64,000 nt of DNA from an uncultured Gemmatimonadales bacterium. GTDB lineage: Bacteria > Gemmatimonadota > Gemmatimonadetes > Gemmatimonadales > GWC2-71-9. The stretch is taken from positions 1,312,001 through 1,376,000 of the forward strand of contig CAVZZO010000003.1 in assembly GCA_963779755.1 (NCBI GenBank), in the 5' to 3' direction. The position numbers were made by a program, and so were the translations under genes. The notes below the pieces were generated by a model. The model made no database searches. It was not told the DNA's origin and was given only the letters and a program-made list of their open reading frames with translations. This document shows positions 19,568-29,593 of the stretch, one piece after another. Each line of letters opens with the position of its first letter. Positions within the stretch are counted from its first letter, which is position 1.

Positions 19568-19606
19568 GGCGGGACGGGGTCCGAACGGATTTCGTCAGGG
19601 GGGTTC

Positions 19607-20755
19607 GTGCCGAGCAGCCAGTTGTTCCGGGTCTGCGGACTCGCTCTCATGGTCGGGGTTCCCACGTCTCTGTCCGCCCAGGTGCAGGGGAGTCTCGCGG
19701 TAGCCGGCGGCAACGCCAGCGACATTACCGGCGCCTCATTCGCCGCCCTTTCACTCAACCCCGCCCTGCAGTTCCAGGCCGGCCGCGGCCTGGTCCTCGG
19801 ATTGCGCGCAAGCGGCACCCGCTACGAGAACGGGCAATGGGCCCTGGGCGGCACCGGGCAACTGAGCGCCGCCACCTTGGCGGCGCCCTGGCTTCGGCTG
19901 GCGGTGGACGCTAACGCCGGGGTGACCACGACGTCCTTCTCCTACGACGCTGTGTCTGCGGAGGCCGTTCCCCGTTTCGACCTGCTTGCCGGACCCGTCA
20001 CCATCTTCGGCGGCTTCGGCGGCGCGGCGGCGCGCTTCAGTACGCTCGCCTTCAGCCAGCGTCCGTTTGGCCCACTCGCCGGCAATCTCAACAGCACGTA
20101 CGAGTCGCGCCAGAGCCAGGGCCCGCTCTTCGGCGCGACAGTGCGCCTCACCCCGCAGTTTGCGCGGGTGGCGGCATTGCTGACCGGCCGGGAAGATGAT
20201 CGCTGGATCACCGGGCAGCGGTTCACCGACCGCGCCGTCGTGCTGACGCTGGCGGGGAGCCCGGTACTGCTGGGCGGACGCTTGGGACACCGGGACGGGC
20301 CCAACGAGCAGCGGACCTATGGCGGAGTGTCGCTCAGCGTGGCGCTCACTCCCCAGGTCGCCCTGGCAGCCGCGGCCGAGAGCTATCCATCGAACCCCCT
20401 GACCGGCACAGCGGCAGGGCGCTCGATCACGGCGGGGATCGTTCTTCGATTCGGCCCTCATCGGTCGGTGCCGGTGCGGGTGCGCGGGGTCGCCCCGGCA
20501 GCGGCATCCTCCACCCGATTGGCCATTGCCGCACCCGATGCTCGCCGGGTGGAAATCGCCGGCGACTGGAACGGCTGGCATACCCAGCCGGCCCGGCCGG
20601 CGCAGAACGGTGTGTGGTATCTGGACGTTCCCCTCGCACCGGGCGAGTACCGCTATGCGTTTCGAATCGATGGCAAGGAATGGCGGATCCCCGGAGGCGT
20701 ATCCGCCATTGATGACGGCTTCGGAGGCAAAGCCGCGATTGTGGTCGTGAAGTGA
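19607..20755 (+). CDS. Exported beta-rich protein with C-terminal glycogen-binding (CBM48/AMPK-beta-like) domain
   Basis: Signal peptide; alternating beta strands; VEIAGDWNGW...LAPGEYRYAFRIDG.EW motif; GTG start after AGGGGGG. Confidence 0.75.
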   Translation: MPSSQLFRVCGLALMVGVPTSLSAQVQGSLAVAGGNASDITGASFAALSLNPALQFQAGRGLVLGLRASGTRYENGQWALGGTGQLSAATLAAPWLRLAVDANAGVTTTSFSYDAVSAEAVPRFDLLAGPVTIFGGFGGAAARFSTLAFSQRPFGPLAGNLNSTYESRQSQGPLFGATVRLTPQFARVAALLTGREDDRWITGQRFTDRAVVLTLAGSPVLLGGRLGHRDGPNEQRTYGGVSLSVALTPQVALAAAAESYPSNPLTGTAAGRSITAGIVLRFGPHRSVPVRVRGVAPAAASSTRLAIAAPDARRVEIAGDWNGWHTQPARPAQNGVWYLDVPLAPGEYRYAFRIDGKEWRIPGGVSAIDDGFGGKAAIVVVK

Positions 20756-20816
20756 GCCGTCAGGCCTCAGGAGTGTGTGGCAGGATCAGTGTGACCCCAA
20801 CCCGAGGAGTTACGGT

Positions 20817-21527
20817 ATGCGTGTGAAATCACTGCTGTTCACCCTCGCGCTGGTGCCGGGTGTGGCCATGGCGCAGACGCAGTCACAGGCCCAGGGCTCT
20901 GCCCGGGCCGAAGCGGGGCTGGATCGGGCCGCCGTGCTGGCCCACATGTCGGCCGAAGGCCGGGCGCAGATGCAGGCCGTGCTGGACCGGTCCCAGGCGC
21001 AGCATCTGCCGAGCGAGGTTCTGCTCAATCTGGTAGCCGAGGGCCAGGTAAAAGGCGCAGCGGAGACGGCGATTCTCGCTGCGGCCGACCGGATGGAAAC
21101 GCAGCTCTCGATGGTGCAACAGACCATGATCCAGGCCGGGCGCCCTGCTCCCACGGATGCAGAGATCACCCAGGGACAGCATGCCGTAGCACAGGGGGTG
21201 AGCGGGGAGCAGCTGGCGGCGGTGGTGCGCAGCGCCCCGAAGGATCGTCCCCTCACGGTGGCTTTTGCGGCCCTGACGGAGTTGCAGGCCCAGGGGCTCC
21301 CGGTGGACCAGGCCGTGGCCCGGGTTCAGGGACGCCTGCAGAGCGGCGTGCCCGATGCCCAGCTCGGCGCGGGCGCCACCGGTAGCGGGGCGGGCGCCGT
21401 CAACGCGGCGTCCGGCCTGGAGACCGCCACCGGCGCCTCGGCGGGAGCGGGGGCCAGCAGCGCAGGGCTCACCACGGCCGGCAACGCGGCGGCAGGGGTG
21501 GGTGCCACGGTGCACGGCCGGCCGTAA
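20817..21527 (+). CDS. Hypothetical secreted helical protein
   Basis: RBS GAGGAG; signal peptide ending AMA-Q; Ala/Gly-rich tail. Confidence 0.7.
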   Translation: MRVKSLLFTLALVPGVAMAQTQSQAQGSARAEAGLDRAAVLAHMSAEGRAQMQAVLDRSQAQHLPSEVLLNLVAEGQVKGAAETAILAAADRMETQLSMVQQTMIQAGRPAPTDAEITQGQHAVAQGVSGEQLAAVVRSAPKDRPLTVAFAALTELQAQGLPVDQAVARVQGRLQSGVPDAQLGAGATGSGAGAVNAASGLETATGASAGAGASSAGLTTAGNAAAGVGATVHGRP

Positions 21528-21548
21528 CCGGCAGGAAGGACGGAGAGC

Positions 21549-21588
21549 AGGGGGGAACGGGCCGGAGGCCCGTTCCCCCTTTCTCTTT
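21549..21588 (+). terminator. Rho-independent terminator
   Basis: GGGGGAACGGGCC-GGA-GGCCCGTTCCCCC followed by TTTCTCTTT. Confidence 0.75.
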
Positions 21589-21642
21589 GCCCCTTTCCCT
21601 TTTCTCTTTTCTCTCGTCTCTTCCTGAATCAGGGAGCACCCC

Positions 21643-23490
21643 ATGTTCCGCGCCCTGTCCCGCGGCGCCGCAGCCGCCGTACTACTCGCCGCCGCGTCAC
21701 CGGCCCGCGCCCAGACGGCCGCTCCCACGGTGGCCTACGATTCCACGGTCGTGATGATCCCCATGCGGGACGGGGTGAAGCTGCATACCCTGGTATATAC
21801 GCCGCGCGACGCGGCCGGCGACCTGCCGGTCATTCTGGAGCGGACCCCCTACGGCATCGACGGCAGGTTCCCCCGCGACCTGACCGGTTATTTCCAGTCA
21901 CTCGCCGCCGACGGGTACATCTTCGCCTACCAGGATATCCGGGGGCGCTACGGCAGCGAAGGGAGCTTCGTGATGCAGCGCCCGCCGGCGCACGTGCGCG
22001 ATTCCGCCGCGGTGGACGAGAGCACCGATGCGTGGGACACCATCGACTGGCTGGTGCGACACGTGCCGCGGAACAACGGCCGTGTGGGCATGCTGGGGAC
22101 CTCCTACCCGGGCTGGCTCACCGCGATGGCGCTGATCGATCCGCATCCGGCACTGCGCGCCGCCTCGCCCCAGGCCTCGCCGGCGGACATGTGGATGGGC
22201 GACGACTTCCACCACCAGGGCGCCTTCCGGCTGAGCTACGGCTTCGAGTACGCCGTGCTCACCGAGGCCGCCGACACCAACAGCGACTTCGCTTTCGACC
22301 GGTACGATACCTACGACTGGTACCTCGGCCTGGGCCCGCTGCGCAACGTGAACGCGAAGATCCTGCACGGCTCGCTCCCCACCTGGAACGACTTCGTGGC
22401 CCATCCGGATTACGATGCGTTCTGGCAGCGGCAGACGATCGCGCGCTATCTCGACCGGGTGACGGTCCCCACGCTCAATGTGGCCGGCTGGTGGGACCAG
22501 GAAGACTTCTACGGGCCGGTGCGCATCTACGAGGCCATGGAGCCGCACGACTCGCTGCACCTGAGCCGGCTGGTGGTGGGCCCGTGGAACCACGGCGGCT
22601 GGAGCCGCGGCCCGGGCCGGACGCTGGGCGGGATCGACTTCGGTAGCGCGACCGGCCAGTACTTTCGCGACAGCGTGCAGGCGCCGTTTTTCGCGTTCTA
22701 TCTGAAAGACCAAGGGACGATGACCCTGCCGGAGGCGCTGACCTGGGAATCGGGCGCCAACCGCTGGGTGCGGAACGACGCCTGGCCGCCGCGCGCCGGC
22801 GTCCAGCGGCAAAACCTCTACTTCCACGCCGGCGGCACCCTGTCGTTCGAGCCCCCTCGCGACAGCTCGGCCTTCGACAGCTATCGCTCCGACCCGGCGC
22901 ACCCGGTGCCCTACCGCCGGCGGCCCATCGAGCCGACCTACTATCCCCGCGGCTCCGGCTGGTACACCTGGCTGCTGCAGGACCAGCGCTTCGCCGAGTC
23001 ACGGCCCGATGTGGCGACCTGGGAGACGGAGCCGCTGGACAGTGACATTGTCGTGCGCGGCGGCATCTCCGCCCACCTCTTCGCCAGCACCACGGGCCGC
23101 GATGCCGACTGGGTGGTGAAGCTGATCGACGTGTATCCGGAGGATTACCCGGCCGATCCGGCGAAGGGCGGTTACCAGCTCATGGTGGCAAACGACGTGC
23201 TGCGTGGACGGTATCGCAAGAGCTTCGAGCACCCCTCGCCCATACCCCCCAATACCGTGCGGCCGTACACCGTGGACCTGCATACCCAGGATTACCGGTT
23301 CCTCAGGGGCCACCGCATCATGGTACAGGTGCAGAGCAGCTGGTTTCCCATCATCGACCGGAACCCGCAGACCTGGGTCCCCAATATCTTCAAGGCCAAG
23401 GCGAGCGACTTCCAGGCGGCTACGCAGCGGATCTACCGATCCGCGCGCTATCCGTCGCATGTGGCGTTGCAGATCGTGGCGGGCGAGTAA
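21643..23490 (+). CDS. CocE/NonD family serine hydrolase (alpha-amino acid ester hydrolase / glutaryl-7-ACA acylase-like)
   Basis: MRDGVKL, RTPY, QDIRGRYGSEG, GTSYPG nucleophile, WDQED and GPWNHG motifs. Confidence 0.92.
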   Translation: MFRALSRGAAAAVLLAAASPARAQTAAPTVAYDSTVVMIPMRDGVKLHTLVYTPRDAAGDLPVILERTPYGIDGRFPRDLTGYFQSLAADGYIFAYQDIRGRYGSEGSFVMQRPPAHVRDSAAVDESTDAWDTIDWLVRHVPRNNGRVGMLGTSYPGWLTAMALIDPHPALRAASPQASPADMWMGDDFHHQGAFRLSYGFEYAVLTEAADTNSDFAFDRYDTYDWYLGLGPLRNVNAKILHGSLPTWNDFVAHPDYDAFWQRQTIARYLDRVTVPTLNVAGWWDQEDFYGPVRIYEAMEPHDSLHLSRLVVGPWNHGGWSRGPGRTLGGIDFGSATGQYFRDSVQAPFFAFYLKDQGTMTLPEALTWESGANRWVRNDAWPPRAGVQRQNLYFHAGGTLSFEPPRDSSAFDSYRSDPAHPVPYRRRPIEPTYYPRGSGWYTWLLQDQRFAESRPDVATWETEPLDSDIVVRGGISAHLFASTTGRDADWVVKLIDVYPEDYPADPAKGGYQLMVANDVLRGRYRKSFEHPSPIPPNTVRPYTVDLHTQDYRFLRGHRIMVQVQSSWFPIIDRNPQTWVPNIFKAKASDFQAATQRIYRSARYPSHVALQIVAGE

Positions 23491-23647
23491 GGCCGGATAT
23501 CGCCTGGGCTCGGGATGGGCCGCGGCAACGATGAGCCCGGCGGGAGAAGGTGAGCCTGCAGGTTTGACGGAAGGTGCCATCGGTTCAAGAACGCTCCGGG
23601 CGTACAAGCATTCCGGCGATGGCCCTTACACTGATTGCGTCATTGGC

Positions 23648-23674
23648 TGCAACCAATCACCCCTGGGTCGCGTC
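23648..23674 (+). promoter_or_regulatory. Putative ECF sigma promoter
   Basis: TGCAAC-N17-CGTC about 30 bp before ATG 23706. Confidence 0.35.
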
Positions 23675-23705
23675 GTGCCCTGCACCCCCTCCCCGAGGAC
23701 CCTTC

Positions 23706-24776
23706 ATGCGCGTGTCATCGCTTCGTTCTGATCATGTGTTGCGGTTGCTGCCGGTTCTCCTGCTGACACTGCTACTCCCCCGGGCTGCCCGGGCCCAGGG
23801 CCGCTTCCCACCCGACTCCTTCACCAATCTGAAGGTGCTGCCGAAGGACATCAGTCCCCGGGAGTTGATCGGGACCATGCGCGGCTTCGCTCTGGGCCTG
23901 GGGGTACGCTGCACCTTCTGCCATGTGGGCGAAGAAGGGAAACCCCTCAGCACCTATCACTTCGCCAGTGACGAGAAGCCGACCAAGCGCAAGGCGAGAG
24001 TCATGCTCCGGATGGTGCAGGCCATCAACGACGAGTACCTCCCCAAGGTCCACGAGATCGGCGAGGCCGATAACGACCATGAGCACGGCGACAGCATGGC
24101 GGCGGGGCACGAACACGAAGCCATGGAGGGCGGCGGCCATCAGCACGTGCGCGTGGTCTGCGCTACCTGCCACCGCGGGCTGCAGCGTCCCCAGATGCTC
24201 CAGGACGTCCTGCTGGCGGCCGACGAGGCGGGCGGTGCGGACAGTGCCGTGCGGGCGTACCAGAATCTGCGGGACAGGTACTACGGCAGCTACTCCTATG
24301 ATTTTACCGAGCGCCCGCTGATCGAAACCGCTCAGGCGCTGCAGGCGCAGCAGCGGCCCGACGACGCCATCCGCATCCTGCGGCTCGGCGTGGAAAACCC
24401 GCCGGTCACACCGCTGGCGAAGCGAGTCTATGCCGCGGCCCTGGTGGACCGTGCCGCCACGGTGTCCGCCGATTCGGCCGTCGCCCAGGTCCGCGCGGTC
24501 GAGCAGCAGTATGGCGCGGATGTCTTCAATGAAGAGGGCCTGAACCAGGTCGCCTACGGACTTCTCAACCGCCGTCAGACCGCCGCCGCGGTGGCGCTCT
24601 TCCGTCTCAATGCGGAGCGGCATCCGGACAGCTGGAATGTCTACGACAGCCTGGGCGAAGGACTGCTGGCCGCCGGCGACACCAGCTCGGCGGTGACAGC
24701 CTACCGGAAGTCGCTCCAGCTCAATCCGCAGAACAGCGGGGCGGCAGAGACCCTGAAGAAGCTGGAAAAGCCCTGA
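23706..24776 (+). CDS. Diheme c-type cytochrome (non-photosynthetic reaction-centre cytochrome-like) fused to a TPR domain
   Basis: Signal peptide; NLKVLP; CTFCH and CATCH heme motifs; C-terminal NVYDSLGE...YRKSLQLNP TPR. Confidence 0.85.
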   Translation: MRVSSLRSDHVLRLLPVLLLTLLLPRAARAQGRFPPDSFTNLKVLPKDISPRELIGTMRGFALGLGVRCTFCHVGEEGKPLSTYHFASDEKPTKRKARVMLRMVQAINDEYLPKVHEIGEADNDHEHGDSMAAGHEHEAMEGGGHQHVRVVCATCHRGLQRPQMLQDVLLAADEAGGADSAVRAYQNLRDRYYGSYSYDFTERPLIETAQALQAQQRPDDAIRILRLGVENPPVTPLAKRVYAAALVDRAATVSADSAVAQVRAVEQQYGADVFNEEGLNQVAYGLLNRRQTAAAVALFRLNAERHPDSWNVYDSLGEGLLAAGDTSSAVTAYRKSLQLNPQNSGAAETLKKLEKP

Positions 24777-24862
24777 GAGCCACAGAACCAGAGAAACGGG
24801 AAAGGGGAAGCGCGTGGCGGCCGTTTCCCCTTTCTCCATTTCCCCCTTCTCCCAGTTCCGCC

Positions 24863-24990
24863 TGTCCGCTTCCGGGATTCCTCCATCCCGCATCCGCACA
24901 CCTTCGCCCCCGTACGGCCCACCGGAACAACCCCTAACTCCATTCGCCACAACACTTTCTATCCAGTCGTCACCACGGTACGGTCTCTGC
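24863..24990 (+). promoter_or_regulatory. Putative sigma-54 promoter with two upstream enhancer-like palindromes
   Basis: CGGTACGGTCTCTGC (24976-24990, GG-N10-GC); TGTCCG-N4-CGGGAT (24863) and ATCCCG-N4-CGCACA (24885), 22 bp apart. Confidence 0.5.
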
Positions 24991-25041
24991 CCGTAATATG
25001 TGGGAGATTCCGTTACTACTAACCGAGGAAGCCCGGTCCGA

Positions 25042-26286
25042 GTGGATATTCCGCGCCCGAAACAGAAGAGCCGCAAGCCTTTCATCTATGGCGGTGCCGC
25101 GCTCGCGGTCCTGGTGATCGTGACGGTGGCCGTGAGCCGGCTGCAGCCGGCCGCTCCCGTGGTGGACCGCGGAACCATCTATCCCGACACGGTCCGGCGT
25201 GGCACCATGCTGGTGGAGGTACATGGCCCGGGCACCCTGGTGCCGGAGCAGATCCGCTGGGTGTCCGCACTGACGGCCGGCCGGGTCGAGAAGAAGCTGG
25301 TGCAACCGGGGACCACGGTGGATTCCGGCACCGTCCTGCTGGAGCTCAGCAACCCCGACGTCCAGCTCGAGGCGCTCGAGGCCGAGCGCCAGCTGACCCA
25401 GGCCGAGGCCGACCGGGTCAATCTCCGCTCGACGCTGGAGAATCAGCGTCTCAATCAGGAGGCCGCCGTGGCCAATGCCCAGGCGGCACAGGCCGACGCG
25501 GCGCGGAAATCGGAACAGGCGTCGGCGCTGGCGGGCGACAGTCTGATCTCAACGTCCGATGTGGCCGCGGCGCACGAGAGGGGCGAGGCGGCGACGACGC
25601 AACTTCGCGTGGAACGGCAGCGGCTCAAGGTCATGACCGAATCCATGAAGGCCCAGCTGGCCACCGCCGACAGCCAGGTGGCGCGCATGCAGTCGATCGT
25701 GCAGTTCCAGCGGCACCGGCTGGCCTCGATGCGGGTCCGGGCGGGAGCGCAGGGGGTGCTGCAGGATCTGCCCCTGGAGGAGGGCCAGTGGGTGACACCC
25801 GGCGCCACGCTGGCGAAGGTGGTGCAGCCGGCCCGGCTCAAGGCGGTGCTCCGCATTCCCGAGGTGCCGGCGCGTGATGTGGCCCTGGGTCAGCAGGCGA
25901 TGATCGACCTGCGCAGCGACACGGTGCAGGGCCAGGTGGTCCGCATCGACCCCGCCGCGCAGAACGGCACCGTGACGGTCGACGTGGCGCTGCCCACCCC
26001 CCTGCCCCGCGGCGCGCGCCCCGACCTCACCGTGGACGGCACCATCCAGATCGCCAAGCTGGACAACGTGCTCCACGTGGGGCGGCCGGCCTACGGGCAG
26101 GAGAACGGCACGGTGGGGATGTTCAAGCTGGTGGACGGCGGCGATGCCGCGGTGCGCGTGCCGGTGCACCTGGGCCGCGCGTCGGTGAACGCGGTGGAGA
26201 TCAAGGACGGACTCCAGGCGGGAGACGTCGTGATCCTCTCCGACATGTCTCAATGGGACGCGGTGGACCGCGTCCGTATCAAGTAG
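25042..26286 (+). CDS. Efflux periplasmic adaptor / membrane fusion protein (MacA/HlyD-like)
   Basis: N-terminal TM anchor, lipoyl halves, long coiled coil, GLQAGDVVI terminus; GTG start after GAGGAA. Confidence 0.9.
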   Translation: MDIPRPKQKSRKPFIYGGAALAVLVIVTVAVSRLQPAAPVVDRGTIYPDTVRRGTMLVEVHGPGTLVPEQIRWVSALTAGRVEKKLVQPGTTVDSGTVLLELSNPDVQLEALEAERQLTQAEADRVNLRSTLENQRLNQEAAVANAQAAQADAARKSEQASALAGDSLISTSDVAAAHERGEAATTQLRVERQRLKVMTESMKAQLATADSQVARMQSIVQFQRHRLASMRVRAGAQGVLQDLPLEEGQWVTPGATLAKVVQPARLKAVLRIPEVPARDVALGQQAMIDLRSDTVQGQVVRIDPAAQNGTVTVDVALPTPLPRGARPDLTVDGTIQIAKLDNVLHVGRPAYGQENGTVGMFKLVDGGDAAVRVPVHLGRASVNAVEIKDGLQAGDVVILSDMSQWDAVDRVRIK

Positions 26287-26305
26287 CCTTACTCCGGGAG
26301 CTGCC

Positions 26306-27040
<735 letters not shown>

Positions 27041-27043
27041 GAG

Positions 27044-27115
27044 GTGAGACGCAACGGGTAAGGCGCAGGGGATAATCACGCCTCACGCCTCGCGCCTCAC
27101 GTCTTACGCCTCACG
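27044..27115. repeat. Inverted 7-bp tandem repeats (CACGCCT family)
   Basis: GTGAGACG/GTAAGGCG arm followed by ~5 CACGCCT-like units. Confidence 0.75.
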
Positions 27116-27129
27116 AGTTACGGAGCCCG

Positions 27130-29586
27130 ATGACCGCATTGATGGCAGATGTCCGCTACGCCCTCCGCGGAATTCGCCGCAGCCCCGGCTTTGCGCTGGT
27201 GGTGGTGCTGACGCTCGCGCTGGGGATCGGGGCGAACACCACCATCTTCTCCCTGATCAACGCGGTCCTGCTGCGGCCGCCGGCCGGGGTGACCGATCCG
27301 GGGCGGCTGGTTGCCGTGAGCACGGTCGGTCACTGCGCCGGAGGCTGCCTCGGCACGTCCTCCTACCCGGACTATCTCGATTTCGCGGCCTATGACAGCC
27401 GGCTGACCGGGCTGGCGGCGTTCGAGCCGAGGCCGTTCACCCTCTCGGCCGGCGACGAAACCTTCCAGGCATTCGGCGAATACGCGAGCCCCGACTACTT
27501 CGGGGTGCTGGGCGTGACGCCGGCGCTGGGCCGGACCTTCCGCCCGGAAGACGGCGTACCCGGCGCCACGCCGGTGGCAGTGATCGGCCATGGGCTATGG
27601 CAGCAACGCTTCGGCGGCCAGCGGGATGTGATCGGACGCACGGTTCGCGTGCGCGGTGCGGCAGTCACCATCGTGGGCGTGGCACCGGCCGGATTCATCG
27701 GCACGCTCACCGGCATCGGTGTCGGCCTCTGGGTTCCCTTTGCTGCCAGGACGGTCCTCGAGCCGGGCTCGGCATCCGACCTCACGGACCGCGGCAATCA
27801 CAGCCTCTTTCTGGTGGGCCGGCTGGCGGCGTCAGCAACCGCAGCGGAAGTGCAGGCGCGTTTTGACGTGCTCACCCCGCAGATGCAGTCGGCGCACCCG
27901 GAATGGCAGGGACATCGGGGGCCGGGGTCGCGGATTGCGGTCGCCTCCGAGCGGGAGGCGGCGCTCCTCGCGCCGATGCGCACGGTGGTGGTGAGCTTCT
28001 TCGGGGTGCTCGCGGCGGTCGCCGCCCTGGTGCTCCTCATCTGCTGCGCCAATCTCGCGAACCTGCTCCTGGCGCGGGGAAGCACCCGCGCGCGGGACAT
28101 CGGGGTGCGCCTCGCCCTGGGCGCAAGCCGGAGCCGGGTGGTGCGCCAGATGCTCACCGAAAGCGTGCTGCTCGCGCTGGCCGGCGGCATCGGAGGCGTC
28201 CTGCTCGCCACCGCGGCGGGGAGCCTGATCGTCCGGATCCAGCTGCCCCTGCCGGTCCCCGTCGCCCTGGACCTGTCGCTCGACTGGCGGGTATTCGGCT
28301 TCGCGGCAGTGGTGGCGGCGGTAACCGGCATCGTTTTCGGCGTGCTCCCCGCGCTGCGATTCACCGCCGCGGGCGTGGTGCAGCGACTGCACGGCGACGC
28401 GGCCGGCGAACGCCCACAGCGGCGCCGGTTCACTCTTCGCGACGCGCTGGTGGTGAGCCAGGTGGCGGTCTCGGCGATTCTGCTGATAGTAGCGGGGCTG
28501 TTCGTGAACAGCCTGCGGCACGCGCAGGACCTCGACCTCGGGTTCGATCCCGATCATGTCGCCATGGCCACCGTGGACCTGGACTCGCAAGGCTACCCCA
28601 CCGAGCGGATGCTGCAGTTCTATCAACAACTCGAGACCCGGGCGCGGGCGCTACCCGGCGTCGGCTCGGCGACGCTCGCGGCGTATGCGCCGCTGGGGCT
28701 CGATTACTCGTCCGTCTCCGTGCAGATCGAGGACTATCAGCCGGGCCCGCACGAAGACAACATGGCCGGCGTCAACCGGGTGGATGACGAGTACTTCACC
28801 ACGCTCGGCATCCCCGTGCTCCAGGGCCGGGGGTTCACCGCCCAGGACCGGATGGATACGCCGCGCGCGGCGGTGGTAAACCAGGCCTTTGTCCGGCGGT
28901 ACTGGCCCGACGGCAAGGCTCTGGGGAGACACATCGCCTGTTGCGGCGGTCCCGCCGAGGTGGTCGGCGTGGTGCCGGACGCGAAGATGCGGTCGCTGGG
29001 GGAAGGTCCGACGCCGTACCTCTACCTCCCGCTGCGGCAGAATCCGGTCGGCTCGGCGGTGCTGGAGGTGCGGACCGCGGGAGATCCGTCGGCCATGCTG
29101 CCCATGCTCCGGAGCACTATCAGCGGCATCGACCCCGACCTTCCGGTCCAGCTCAGTACCATGCACGGCTACCTGGGGATCGCGATGGTGCCGCAGCGCC
29201 TGGGCGCGATTCTCCTCAGCGTGTTCGGCGGGCTGGGCATGCTGCTCGCGGCGCTGGGACTCTACGGCGTGCTGGCCTATCTGGTGGCGCGGCGCACCCG
29301 GGAGATCGGTATCCGGATGGCGCTCGGCTCCGAGCCTGCCGCGGTGATGCACATGGTGCTCTGGCAGGCGCTGCGGCTCGTCGCGGCCGGCCTGGCGATC
29401 GGGCTGTTGCTGGGCCTCCTCGCCGGCCATCTGATTCGCGGGTTCCTCTTCGGGGTGGGCGCCGGCGACCCGGCGACGTTTGCCGGCGTGTTGCTGATCT
29501 TTACCCTGGTGACCCTGGTGGCGGGCTACGGCCCCGCGCGTCGCGCCACACGGGTCGATCCGGTGAGGGCGCTGCGGAGCGAATAG
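27130..29586 (+). CDS. ADOP-like duplicated ABC permease 1 (MacB_PCD + FtsX, twice)
   Basis: DVRYALR...[32 protein letters not shown] and RVDP..ALRSE motifs; 818 aa. Confidence 0.92.
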   Translation: MTALMADVRYALRGIRRSPGFALVVVLTLALGIGANTTIFSLINAVLLRPPAGVTDPGRLVAVSTVGHCAGGCLGTSSYPDYLDFAAYDSRLTGLAAFEPRPFTLSAGDETFQAFGEYASPDYFGVLGVTPALGRTFRPEDGVPGATPVAVIGHGLWQQRFGGQRDVIGRTVRVRGAAVTIVGVAPAGFIGTLTGIGVGLWVPFAARTVLEPGSASDLTDRGNHSLFLVGRLAASATAAEVQARFDVLTPQMQSAHPEWQGHRGPGSRIAVASEREAALLAPMRTVVVSFFGVLAAVAALVLLICCANLANLLLARGSTRARDIGVRLALGASRSRVVRQMLTESVLLALAGGIGGVLLATAAGSLIVRIQLPLPVPVALDLSLDWRVFGFAAVVAAVTGIVFGVLPALRFTAAGVVQRLHGDAAGERPQRRRFTLRDALVVSQVAVSAILLIVAGLFVNSLRHAQDLDLGFDPDHVAMATVDLDSQGYPTERMLQFYQQLETRARALPGVGSATLAAYAPLGLDYSSVSVQIEDYQPGPHEDNMAGVNRVDDEYFTTLGIPVLQGRGFTAQDRMDTPRAAVVNQAFVRRYWPDGKALGRHIACCGGPAEVVGVVPDAKMRSLGEGPTPYLYLPLRQNPVGSAVLEVRTAGDPSAMLPMLRSTISGIDPDLPVQLSTMHGYLGIAMVPQRLGAILLSVFGGLGMLLAALGLYGVLAYLVARRTREIGIRMALGSEPAAVMHMVLWQALRLVAAGLAIGLLLGLLAGHLIRGFLFGVGAGDPATFAGVLLIFTLVTLVAGYGPARRATRVDPVRALRSE

Positions 29587-29593
29587 CCCGGCC

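Noticed and set aside
23706..24776. Photosynthetic reaction-centre cytochrome PufC
   Set aside because: Only two heme motifs, a TPR fusion and no puf/bch genes
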